Part shown: in pieces, positions 8,401 to 18,700 of the stretch
Numbering within the stretch: the stretch's first letter is position 1
Layout of the letters: every line of letters begins with the position of its first letter
DNA from: an uncultured Saprospiraceae bacterium
Lineage (GTDB): Bacteria > Bacteroidota > Bacteroidia > Chitinophagales > Saprospiraceae
Reading direction: 5' to 3'
DNA length: 64,000 nucleotides
NCBI GenBank assembly: GCA_938018185.1
Contig: CALIIW010000141.1
Coordinates: 2,041 to 66,040, forward strand
Notes under the pieces: generated by a model
The model's database searches: none
Told to the model about the DNA's origin: nothing
The model's input: only the letters and a program-made list of their open reading frames with translations
Position numbers and translations under genes: made by a program

Positions 8401-9316
8401 TTAAAACTCCATCTTGACAACCTTCTACCATTATTCCATTGGAATTGGCTGTTATGGCTTGAACACTTAAATCATTGGAGCTAAAACTTTTGGCTTCCAA
8501 AAATACGGCAGAATCAAGCAATTCATCTCTGATATCTGCTATGGCAAACTTCATGGTATAAATCTGACAGGGGATCACTTCTACGGAAGCATTGAACCTT
8601 GACAATATCCCATCAAAGACAATTTCATCAGAATCATTTGAATGGTAGTATTGCCCATTATTTAAATTGCCACCATTTGTTTCACATATAAAGGAGGAAC
8701 CATTTTGCCCAATTATTCCACTGTTAACCGTGTTAATACTTACGGGCTCGTTTTGAGAGTTTGGTGTGATGGCTATATTGGTATTGTCAAAAGGAGCTCC
8801 ATTCGGATTTGGACCAGTAAGGAAGAAACCAAAGATGTCGTTGAATTGAGAACAGACATAATCTGGATATTCCTCTGAAGCAAAAACGTAATTGAAGCTA
8901 ATGAGGTCAGCTGTTGGAATAAAGCTGATCTCGTATTTAGAAATATCTCTTACAATACTATTGGAAACTATCTCTGAAAGTTCTTCATCAACAATTAGAT
9001 CAGTTGAAGTAACCGTTGAGGCTTCTTTTGAAGCGGCTTGTTTGATAGCTGAAACCTTACCAGTAGAAAGTACGATACCCCTGTCTATGCCTATCAATGC
9101 TTCAGCTCCCTGAAAAAAACCAGTGGCATCTTCTGAGCCTGAATACTTAATACTTTGAATCTCTACGCCTTCTCCAAGAAAGTAGTTCTTAATCAGCTTA
9201 GACGGCAGATATGGTTCTTCCGTCGCAGAATGTATCTCAAAAATTTGAGCATTTATGGTTGTTACCCATCCAAATAATATAAAGCTTACTATGCCTAATA
9301 AAGCAGTATTTCTCAT
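5459..9316 (-). CDS. giant T9SS substrate (type B CTD): choice-of-anchor-L-like N-domain, Calx-beta-like module, P-domain, SprB-type repeats
   Basis: 1285 aa with a signal peptide ending TTINAQ. N-domain: IFEIHS...GVEIQSIKYSG...GIVLSTG. Calx-beta-like: IDYIIEP...GQTEGVLNFQALEDDLEEGIEEIGIVV. P-domain-like: EDLDIFLVGPDGQ...VNGIWKLLLIDD...LKKWSIHF. The C-terminus VPNVFSPNGDGINDKLTVFG...YDRWGNQVF...GWNG matches the gliding-motility-associated (type B) CTD. Confidence 0.85.
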   Translation of the reverse strand: MRNTALLGIVSFILFGWVTTINAQIFEIHSATEEPYLPSKLIKNYFLGEGVEIQSIKYSGSEDATGFFQGAEALIGIDRGIVLSTGKVSAIKQAASKEASTVTSTDLIVDEELSEIVSNSIVRDISKYEISFIPTADLISFNYVFASEEYPDYVCSQFNDIFGFFLTGPNPNGAPFDNTNIAITPNSQNEPVSINTVNSGIIGQNGSSFICETNGGNLNNGQYYHSNDSDEIVFDGILSRFNASVEVIPCQIYTMKFAIADIRDELLDSAVFLEAKSFSSNDLSVQAITANSNGIMVEGCQDGVLKFEISSPATEDQLIDFKIIGNAQNEIDYIIEPTKLIIENGQTEGVLNFQALEDDLEEGIEEIGIVVSKNSCSKDTIWIAINDSQISNPDLPELIVQCSPEEVAIDASVEIPSFEPMVFSNNQVLEIFPEREAIYSEILVNGIYPSSLAASNFAKVCIDELAHPWIEDLDIFLVGPDGQFIELSTDNGEDGGNTVSLDYYRNTCFTINANQKIYGENPGGASYDMVPFEGDFLPEGSWKDFTGNASFKVNGIWKLLLIDDYATGVGTLKKWSIHFDTNYDLSYKWSPSDGLSCTDCPKPIANPLESTNYHVTISDSNGCEIVEEVEIQIGEELQRPVLECDESLPGQISFNWAIDPAVESYSINVNGIGWENIGLVSSYLVQSLSDEGIVAIELMGLGLCSESPIATLSCSNLPCQGFDILLLNEPKISCSESLDAVIKIAGQDNGSNYTYILGNEENNTGIFSNLGTGLYSIQVINEQNCTELIEVLIEDIEAIKIEADINHVSCNGLILGSIHPQISGGTGPYSLLWSTSSVSMNLTNVNEGVYTLTVTDQNNCIKKSEFIIESTDNFELNATVKHPSCDNIYNGSITFSQNILDLEFESVWSDGTIVLNRNDLSPGTYKLLVANSDGCEYSYEYELKSTYNLKSISQQKDLSCFGDSNGSAKLEIENGIAPYEVNWASGHSSFEITNLRAGIYTYVVTDANGCQTSDSIIINTPEKLGMTLEEIVEPVCAGFPSVSINLEAFGGVGSYKFRSNENEFSDVTLITNLGNGMYHFEVSDANDCSFEINKEIFNPRKEEIRIAVNNNVLLTLGETEEIEVNVLNYDSNLIYHWISEEEENALSCYGCPNPIFQGLKSQTILLQVIDDMGCEAEGKINFRLEKELAVYVPNVFSPNGDGINDKLTVFGKESSLQKINSFEIYDRWGNQVFNQKDFLLNDQSIGWNGAYRGQALNPGVFVWKMVVEFIDGSTTELRGDLSIHK
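6026..7129 (-). repeat. five SprB-type repeats of about 76 aa inside the 1285-aa gene
   Basis: Repeat starts at aa 733, 809, 884, 959 and 1036 (SC..., e.g. SCFGDSNG), each ending in a Y.v.V.D.NGC-type motif. Hand-counted. Confidence 0.6.
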
Positions 9317-9585
9317 GTGTGCTTTTACAAACTTTCACAAATTAGTAGTAATATGGATCGGATTTATTGGGAATTTGGGCGGGGTAATGATCTATAAAGA
9401 CAAGAATCGTACCAGTTGCCAAAATAATTGACACAGCGACGATTTTATTTTCCTTAATTGTTAGCTTAGTATTCAATCGGAAATTTATCCACCTTAATCT
9501 AAAAAAGCAGGTCAAACAAGTATTAATGCTTAAATTCGTGACACAATTATTGGATTAATACGGTTTATATAAATAAATTTAAAAG

Positions 9586-11370
9586 ATGAGACAATTTTTC
9601 AAATTTGCTTTTGCTTCTTGTTTGGGAGTTTTTCTAGCAGGTCTATTTTTGACATTAGTATTCGGAGTAGGTTTAGGTTCCATGGTTAAGAACATGAACA
9701 AAACGGCTACTGTAAAGACTAATTCCATTTTGAAATTAGATCTTATGCAACCCATTCCAGAAAAAACCAATAATATTGAAAACCAGGAATTTAGTTTGGA
9801 AAACAACAGTATTGTTGGGGTACATGATATGGTGGATGCCATTGAACATGCAAAAACAGATTCTAAGATTAAAGGAATTTTGCTCGATTTAAGCTTTGTT
9901 CAAGCTGGAACCGTAACTAGAAGTGAACTAAGAGATGCGCTAATAGATTTTAAAGAATCCGATAAATTTGTTTATGCTTATTCGAAAAATTATTTTCAAA
10001 ATGCTTATCACCTAGCTACTGCTGCAGATAAAATCTATCTAAACCCATTAGGTTCTATAGAATTTGGAGGCTATGCGGCTAATATATCTTTTTATAAGAA
10101 GATGTTAGAAAAATTAGGCGTTGAAATGCAAGTGTATTATGCAGGTAATTTTAAAGGTGCTTCTGAACCATATAGATTAGAAAAGTTGTCAGACCCAAAT
10201 CGTTTGCAAATACGAGAATATATTAATGACCTGTACAACAATTTATTAACTGATGTTTCTGAAGCTCGAGGTAAAAGCAAAAAAGAACTTAGACAAATAG
10301 CAGATGAGTATTTGGCAAGAACGCCAGAAGATGCTGTTACGCATGGTTTGGTTGATCAAGTGGCTTATTTTGATGAAGTAATTTCAGCAATGAAAGCTAA
10401 CTTAGGCTTAGAAGAAGAGGATAAGTTGAATATTACCTCCATGCAGAATTACAGTAAAGGTGTTTCAAGTAAAGTAGATCTTAAAGTGAAAGATAGAATT
10501 GCTGTCGTGTTTGCTGAAGGAACAATCAATATTGGTACGTCTGCACCTGGTGGAATAGGGGATGATAAATATACCAAGATCATAAGAAAGTTAAGAAAGG
10601 ATGATAAAGTAAAAGCGATTGTAATGAGGGTTAATTCAGGAGGAGGTTCAGCTTTGGCGTCTGAGAATATTTGGAGAGAATTAGTACTAGCTAAAGAACA
10701 AGGTAAAATTGTTGTGGCATCCATGGGAGATGTTGCTGCATCAGGTGGATATTATATTTCAGCAATGGCTGACAAAATTTTTGCAGAAGAAAGTACCATC
10801 ACTGGTTCTATTGGTGTTTTTAGTATGATTCCAAATGCCAAAGAAATGTTTGATGAAAAATTGGGCATCACCTTAGATACTGTTCTTACCGGAGAAATGG
10901 CGAATGGGATTTATGGTGTTTTAGTTGAACCTCATAATGCAAAGCAAAAAGCAATTTTGCAGCAGCAAACGGAGCAGATGTATGAGATATTTCTAAAAAG
11001 AGTTTCGGATGGAAGAGGTATGACAAGAGATGAGGTTCATGAAGTGGCTCAAGGAAGGGTTTGGACTGGAAACAGAGCTTTAGAAAATGGTTTGATAGAC
11101 GAAATTGGAGATTTAGACAAGTCAATCGCAACCGCAGCTGAGCTTGCTGGCTTAGAAAAATATAGGGTAAAAGAGTATCCTTTCATAAAAGACCCAGCAG
11201 AACAACTATTGGATAAACTTACAGGCCAAGACAAAAAAGATGATAAGATTGGGGCAATGATCCAAAATTCTGCCTTAAAAGAATATTATCCAATTTATAA
11301 TACTTTAAAAGAACTTGAAAATATGAAAGGAGTTCAAGCTAGAATGCCTTTTGAATTAGAAATTCATTAA
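9586..11370 (+). CDS. sppA: signal peptide peptidase SppA, 67K type
   Basis: 594 aa. N-terminal TM segment and two ClpP/crotonase-like halves (VMRVNSGGGSALASE, ASMGDVAASGGYYIS). Confidence 0.9.
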   Translation: MRQFFKFAFASCLGVFLAGLFLTLVFGVGLGSMVKNMNKTATVKTNSILKLDLMQPIPEKTNNIENQEFSLENNSIVGVHDMVDAIEHAKTDSKIKGILLDLSFVQAGTVTRSELRDALIDFKESDKFVYAYSKNYFQNAYHLATAADKIYLNPLGSIEFGGYAANISFYKKMLEKLGVEMQVYYAGNFKGASEPYRLEKLSDPNRLQIREYINDLYNNLLTDVSEARGKSKKELRQIADEYLARTPEDAVTHGLVDQVAYFDEVISAMKANLGLEEEDKLNITSMQNYSKGVSSKVDLKVKDRIAVVFAEGTINIGTSAPGGIGDDKYTKIIRKLRKDDKVKAIVMRVNSGGGSALASENIWRELVLAKEQGKIVVASMGDVAASGGYYISAMADKIFAEESTITGSIGVFSMIPNAKEMFDEKLGITLDTVLTGEMANGIYGVLVEPHNAKQKAILQQQTEQMYEIFLKRVSDGRGMTRDEVHEVAQGRVWTGNRALENGLIDEIGDLDKSIATAAELAGLEKYRVKEYPFIKDPAEQLLDKLTGQDKKDDKIGAMIQNSALKEYYPIYNTLKELENMKGVQARMPFELEIH

Positions 11371-11386
11371 ATAGGTTAGACTAAAT

Positions 11387-11422
11387 AAAAAAGCAGGCAA
11401 ATTAAATTTTGCCTGCTTTTTT
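11387..11422. terminator. bidirectional rho-independent terminator between sppA and the convergent hydrolase gene
   Basis: AAAAAAGCAGGCAAA-loop-TTTGCCTGCTTTTTT: a perfect roughly 10-bp stem flanked by an A-run and a T-run. Confidence 0.75.
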
Positions 11423-12218
11423 ATTTTAGTATAGCTTTCAATTCTTCATGATACAAAGGAAAGTCAGATAAATTCCCATGTCTACCATCTTGAAATGTTA
11501 TTAACTTACCCTTTTGGATTCTCTTAGAAAGCTTGATGGAATGTTCATGTGGAGTTATAGAATCATTGGTTCCAGAAAATATATAAACCGGCATTGATAA
11601 GCCCTTAATTTTTTTAATATTGTTAAATTTATATTTGAGCAATTGCTTTATTGGAAGGAATGGGAAATTTGCTCCTGCCATGGCGCCAATACTAGTATAA
11701 GGAGTTTCAAGTATCAAGCATTTTGCCTTCACATGATTTGCTAATTCCATCGCAGGTCCGGAGCCCAAAGATCTACCATATAAGACAATATTTTCTGAAT
11801 GGAATTGTTTAACTATCTGATCATATAGAAATTTACCGTCGGAGTTTATATTTTTTTCACTTAGGCTACCTTGGCTTTTTCCATAGGTCCTATAATCCCA
11901 AATAAATAGGTCATAGTTTAGCTTTTTAAAATCCTCATTGACCCAAGCCCAGTCATCTAAAGATCTGGCATTTCCATGAAAATATAGAACGATTCCTTTG
12001 GGTTTTTGAGATTTAAAATGTAAGACGTTAATAATTCCGTCATTTGGGGTTTTAAATAAGTGTTCTTCAAAGTTTTTAAACTGATTGAAGTTATAATTTG
12101 GACTTAATTTTGTAGGATGAAATATGAATTTTTCTTGCAATACATATAGCAATACAAGCAAGGCTATATATAGGCTAACCAATAGAATTGCAAAAAATAT
12201 CAAAATCCTGACGTTCAT
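11421..12218 (-). CDS. alpha/beta hydrolase
   Basis: 265 aa. N-terminal TM anchor, HGNA oxyanion region (LYFHGNARS) and nucleophile elbow GRSLGSG. Confidence 0.75.
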   Translation of the reverse strand: MNVRILIFFAILLVSLYIALLVLLYVLQEKFIFHPTKLSPNYNFNQFKNFEEHLFKTPNDGIINVLHFKSQKPKGIVLYFHGNARSLDDWAWVNEDFKKLNYDLFIWDYRTYGKSQGSLSEKNINSDGKFLYDQIVKQFHSENIVLYGRSLGSGPAMELANHVKAKCLILETPYTSIGAMAGANFPFLPIKQLLKYKFNNIKKIKGLSMPVYIFSGTNDSITPHEHSIKLSKRIQKGKLITFQDGRHGNLSDFPLYHEELKAILK

Positions 12219-12264
12219 TTTGTCCTTTTATTTAAAATGAAAGGTTCACAAAAGTATTAATTTT

Positions 12265-12272
12265 TACTTTTG
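12265..12272 (+). promoter_or_regulatory. candidate -7 promoter box TACTTTTG (TAnnTTTG)
   Basis: Exact consensus match 33 nt before the ATG at 12306. The same spacing is seen at the SusC gene (40621-40628). Confidence 0.3.
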
Positions 12273-12305
12273 TACATGCTAAGTTTAATATTGAGAAAAA
12301 ATACT

Positions 12306-12728
12306 ATGAGATTCGTCATTTCATTGCTTATATTTACGTCTTATTGCTTCACATTAGAAGCCCAAGTATATAGCAAAGCAGATAATGTCCAACCGGACAA
12401 TCGTTTGAAAAATGTATTTAGTCAGACATATCTTGAAAGGTTATCTGCTGACAATCCATTACTGATATCAAAGTGGAATTTCTATTTAGACAATTCTTAC
12501 TTTATTTCTGATTTCCCTAAAGGGAAAAACGATGATAATAGTATCAAGGTTATAGAAGTTGAGGATATAAACAACATTAATATCAAACAACTTGAAAAAG
12601 ATCTTGGGATCGGTCCTGATTACAATAGGCAAATGATCTATAGAATTAAGGATACTAACAAATTGTTGATTTATTATGCAGGCAAAAAGTTTTATGAACT
12701 TTTCAATAAATATAGAACCAACAGCTAA
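12306..12728 (+). CDS. small secreted hypothetical protein, first gene of the giant-adhesin operon
   Basis: The ORF track starts at TTG 12270, but the ATG at 12306 gives a clean signal peptide (MRFVISLLIFTSYCFTLEAQ). Only 12 nt separate it from the 2049-aa gene. Confidence 0.5.
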   Translation: MRFVISLLIFTSYCFTLEAQVYSKADNVQPDNRLKNVFSQTYLERLSADNPLLISKWNFYLDNSYFISDFPKGKNDDNSIKVIEVEDINNINIKQLEKDLGIGPDYNRQMIYRIKDTNKLLIYYAGKKFYELFNKYRTNS

Positions 12729-12740
12729 AAAGTTTGAACA

Positions 12741-15700
12741 TTGACCATAAGATTACTTAGTCTTTTATTTTTTTCCATTTGTTGTTTTACAGCATATAGC
12801 CAAAACTATATCATGGATGGATCTGATATAGATGATTGCAGTGGTAATTTTTATGATTCAGGGGGCTCATTCAATAGATATAGCCACGATGAAGATTTTT
12901 CAACTACGATATGTCCAGATGGCACCGATGGGACACACATTCAATTGTACTTAATTTATTTGGATTTAAGTTTCGGTGATGAAATGTGCTTTTACGATGG
13001 TCCAAATACTTCCTCGCCTTTAATAGCTTGTAGCGACGTTTTTCCTTCAAATGGTCCATACTATATAGAAGCAACTGCACCAAATACTACTGGTTGTCTA
13101 ACGGTAACTTTTACTTCTAATGATCAAGGACTTGGCGATGGATGGGAGGCACAAATTAACTGTGTACCTGCCTGTCAGAATATTGTTGCTGAGTTAAGTA
13201 GTTCAGATCCAATTTCAGTTCCAGCAATTAATGGATGGATTGATATCTGTCAAGGTGAAACAATAGAGTTTGTAGCTGAAGGTATTTATCCGCAAAGTGG
13301 ACAAGTTTATAATCAATCTGATGCCAGCTCAAATTTTATTTGGGACTTTGGAGATGGTACAATAGGATTTGGCAAAACAGCCTCACATACTTATCAAGAT
13401 GCTGGAGGTTATACTGTTCAAGTAAAAATTGTAGATAATCAAGGTTGTCAATCTAGAAACTTCATTAACCAGCGAGTGAGGGTTTCTACAACTCCTACTT
13501 TTGAATTTACCACGGATTTTCCAGATGAAATTTGTGCAGGGGATACAATTCGCGTTGAAAACAACATTTTTGATAGTAATTCGGATATGATGGTCACTTC
13601 CTATGAAGGAGCATTTTCTATAGGAGGGATTAGTTCAGACTCCTTTCCTTTGCCCGATGGCGATGGAGTAGCTTATGAAAATGGGATAACCTTTGGAGAG
13701 TTCACTCCCGGCCAGATCATAACAAGTAGGAATGACCTTAAATCAATTTGTATAAATATTGAGCATTCTTACATGAAAGATATCCAAGTCATATTAGTTT
13801 GTCCTAATGGAACGGAAATTATCCTACAAAATCATGTTGGGAATTTTAAAGAAATATTTTTGGGGGTTCCTTTCGAAGGTGACGAAGGAGCTGCAGAACC
13901 AACTCCAGGGGGTGGATATACCTATTGCTGGACACCTGATCCGGAATTTGAAACTTGGAACGAAGAGGCACTTTTCTTAGATGAAAGGACTTCTTTACCA
14001 GAAGGCAATTATACTTCTTTTGAAAGTTTCAATGGTTTCATAGGTTGCCCACTTAATGGAGAATGGACAATAAGAGTTGAAGATCATTTTGCACTAGATA
14101 ACGGATGGGTATTTTCATGGAATATTTGCTTTGCAGATTATCTCATACCAGACATCGAAACATTTACTCCTGGAATTGTTGACTGGGGTTGGGAAGACAA
14201 TCCTGCAATAATCTATTCAGATCAGGATTACATGCTTACAGCGCCCAATCAAGCAGGTACTACAAATTATGTTTTTACAGTTACCGATGAATTTGGTTGT
14301 CAATATGATACAACCATAGCATTGAATGTCCTGCCTTCGACACACCCAGATTGTTTAGAATGCTCTGAAATTGTTGGAAGTTCTGACGATGAAGTTTTAT
14401 GTGAAGGTGATTCCTTATTTATTGATGTAGAATACTTAGGCCTTTCCGGAAATTCAATACCTTATCAAGTTAGTCCGAATATCGAATTTGGTGCAGCATC
14501 TAATCCACCTTCTAATCCACTAGAATCTATTATATCAGTAGCTGGTCTAAGTCCTGGCAACATCATTGACGTTTACCAAGATGTATTAGAAGTATGTGTC
14601 GATATCGAAACTGATGCAACTGAAGATTTACAATTGATATTAATCGCTCCATCAGGGCAATCCATGCGATTGGCTACCAATGTAGGTGGGACTGGAGATA
14701 ACTTTTTTCAAACTTGTTTTACAACGGACTTGACGGCACCTCCGATTGGAAGTGGCACTGCGCCATTCACAGGATCCTTCCAGCCAGAAGACCCTTGGAC
14801 TAATTTGAATGGTGCATTTCAAAATGGTGATTGGAGTTTGCAAGTATCAGATGCCTTCGGACCTATTGATGTAAATACCCTTGTTCGTTGGTCTATAACT
14901 TTTAATGCTGCCAACGATGTAGATTTCTTCTGGCTAAATGCTACAGGTTTATCTTGCTCTAATTGTCCTAACCCTGTTGCAGTACCCACTTCAGATGCTC
15001 AATATATTGTTAGAGTAACTGATGGTTTTGGCTGTGTTGGGTTTGATACTATCAATGTAAGCGTTTTACCTTTATTAGGACCAACCCAATTAACTGCTGT
15101 AACCAATAATCCTGGCGAAATTGAATACACATGGAACCCTATACCTAATGCTACAGCATATGAAGTTAACATCAATAACACAGGATGGATTTCTCCGAAT
15201 AATGGAATATTTTCACACCTTGTTACGGGCCTAGATCTAGGGGAGGATATTACCTTTTGGGTAAGAGGAGTCACTGATCCAAATATTTGTGATAGTGATA
15301 TAACAATTTTGTTTTTAGAATATGATACTTGTTTATGGACTGCTGCTCCTGTTGTAATATCTGATGTCCAATGTTTTGGCCAATCTGATGCAGTTATTTC
15401 TGCAAATGTTTTTAATGTTCAAGGTGCACCAACTTACACACTAGATGGCATCTTGACACAAGATATTTCTTTGTTTAATAATGTATCTTCTGGGTACCAT
15501 TTTATAGTGATTGAGGATCCAGTTGGTTGCCTTGATACAGTTGAATTCAATCTTGTTGATCCTCCTCCTATAACAATAGATACAATGACTACTCCTGTTT
15601 CTTGTTTTGGTTTAAACGATGGTACTCTTTACGCGGCCGGGATGGGAGGCGTAGGTGATTTTGAATATGTCTGGTCTACTACACCGCCAACTTTTGATTC

Positions 15701-18700
15701 AACTGCAGTTGGTGTTTATGCTGGTAATTATTCTGTCACTGTTCAAGATGCCAATGGCTGTACCGCTTCAGAAACTGTAACAGTGATTTCACCAGATAGA
15801 ACTAGAGTTACCGCATCAGGGACTGACCCTTCTTGCAATGGTGGTTCAGATGGAATACTCAACGCTGTGGCAGAAGACGGAACTCCTCCCTACATTTATA
15901 ATTGGGGCAATGGTCCAACGGGGCCTACAATAAACGCAAGTGCAGGTACGTATACAGTTATGGTGACCGATGCAAGTGGATGTACTGCTCAGGCTTCTGT
16001 CGTTTTAGATGAACCAGACCCGGGTTTTGCTCAAGGGACTTCGACCGATACAAAATGTTATAATACAAAGGATGGAACTGGGACCATTATTGAGGAAGGT
16101 AATGGACCATGGACATATTCTTGGGATGATCCAAATACCCAAACTACTCAAACTGCGACCAATTTAGCTCCTGGGGTTTACAACTTTACTGTTTCAGATG
16201 TCGATGGCTGTAATTTTATTGGTTCAGTGACAATAGGTGCACCTCAAGAACTCATGGGAGAGGCAATTGCCTTTATGGCAACTTGTTTTGACAAACCAGA
16301 TGGACGAACTTTGGCTTCTGCAAATGGAGGCGTAGAACCTTATGCTTATCTTTGGTCTGATCCAAATAGTCAATCAACTGCCGAAGCAACTGGACTTCTT
16401 GCAGGCATTTATACAGTGACAATTACTGATGATGAAGGATGTACAAATGTTCAATCAGCAGAAGTCCTTCAACCAGACCCAATACAAATAAATATAGTAT
16501 CGACTTTTGCAAGTTGTGTAGAAGTGGCTGATGGAACAGCAGCGGCAACAGCGACAGGTGGAAATGGAAGTTATTCTTTTCAATGGAATGATAATGCTAG
16601 TTCAACTACAAGTAACATTAGTGATTTAGCGGTAGGAATTTATACACTTACCGTAACAGATACTAACGATTGTACTGGAGTAGAAACAGTTGAAATTACG
16701 GCGGATAATGCTTTAATGATTGATACGATTGTAGGACAAAGTGTCTCTTGTTTTGGCCTTAATGATGGACAAGCTATTGCATTTGTCAATGGCGGTACGG
16801 CACCTTTATCTTATGATTGGGACGACCCACTTGAACAACTATCTAATCCAGCAATTAATCTTATTGCAGGAGATTATTCTCTAACAGTTACTGATGATAA
16901 TGGCTGCTCTGATGTAGGTATTGTTGTTATAGAAGAACCAGATTTGTTTCAAGGAGAAATCGTTGATCTTATTCCTGTTCTTTGCCGAGGAGAAAACACA
17001 GGGGCTGTTTCGGTAACCGCAGGAGGAGGCACTTTGCCTTATGCGTTTGCATGGTCTAATTCGGATATGGACTCAGTCGCCCAAAACCTTATTGCTGGTA
17101 CCTATACTGTCGTGGTGACAGACGCAAACAATTGTTCTTTTACTGCGATGGCAACTATTGAGGAACCAGAAACTTTAGTGGAAGCAGAAGTAGAGCAAAC
17201 TTTCATAGGATGCTTTGGTTCATCTACAGGCGTTGCAGAAATTACTGCACAAAATGGAACAGGTCCTAATTATACACATACTTGGAGTCATAATTTTGTG
17301 GGCAATATAGCCAGTGATTTGGCTGTTGGGGAATATTACATTACTACTTCAGATGAAAATTTATGTGAAACTTATGATACCATAGTTATTGTTGAATTAG
17401 AACCTATCACAGCTTCACTTATTAAAGCACGTCCTTCTTGTTACAGTTTTGGAGATGGACTAGTAGGAGTAAATTCGGTAGTTGGAGGAGCAGGTGATGG
17501 CAGCTTTGCTTCCTATAATTATAGTTGGAGACATGACCCTAATAATAACACTGAATTGCTAGAAGATCTATTTGGAGATACAATGTATTATGTAACAATA
17601 ACAGATGACTTAGGCTGCATGTATGAAGATTCTATCTTTCTTGATGAACCCAAACAAATTCAAATGAATCTAACTATTGAAGATCCTTCCTGCTTTGGTT
17701 ATAATGATGGATCAATAACTGTAGATAGTATTTGTGGAGATGAGGAGATCGTATCTTATGAATGGTGTACAGGGGAAATTAATGAGCCTCTTCGAGAAAA
17801 TCTTTATTCCGGGGCTTGCGCAGTTACAATTGTTGATGCTAAAGGTTGTAAAGTTATTTCTATAGTTGAATTAAAAGATCCACCACCATTAGAGGTAAGT
17901 TTTGATAACACAGACAATGATTGTAGCCAAGATGAAGATGGAGAAATAACAGTGTATCCTTTCGGAGGAACACCTCCTTATTCTGTAGAATGGTCTACCG
18001 GTTCAACAGATAATACAATTTCTAACTTGCCTAATGGGGTATACGAGATTACAATTATAGATAGCAATGGTTGTGAGATGATTGGTATGGATTCAATTGT
18101 TTCACCAGCACCACTAGCAGCATTTATAGATACAGAAAATGTCAAATGCTTTGGCGATAGCAATGGATCAATAGAAATAACTGCTAATGGAGGATTGGGG
18201 CCATATCAATTTAGCTTTGATGGCGAAGATTATTCTTCAATAAATAGAAGAGTTGGATTGCCTGCTGGTCCGTATAGTATTTTCGTGAGAGATCTGAGAG
18301 GTTGTGTTTTTGAAACTTTAATACAAATTGGAACACCACCAGAACTTAATATTTCTGCAGGTGAAGATATTTTTATTCAGATTGGCGAAGAGTTAGAGCT
18401 CATGGCAGATGGATGGAATGGTAATGGGTCTATAGAGTATTCTTGGTCTTCACAAGATGACAATTCACTATCCTGTGTTATTTGCTGTTGCCCAACTGTT
18501 GCGCCCTTAGTAACAAGTACTTACAAAGTTGTAGGTGTGGATGAAAATGGTTGTTCTGCTGAAGCATTGATTACTGTTTTTGTCCAAAAAGAACCAAATG
18601 TAGTTGTCCCTACAGCCTTTACACCTAATAATGACAACAACAACGACATACTAATTGTCCATGGAAAATCAAAAAGTATTGACCACGTAGAATTATTTAG

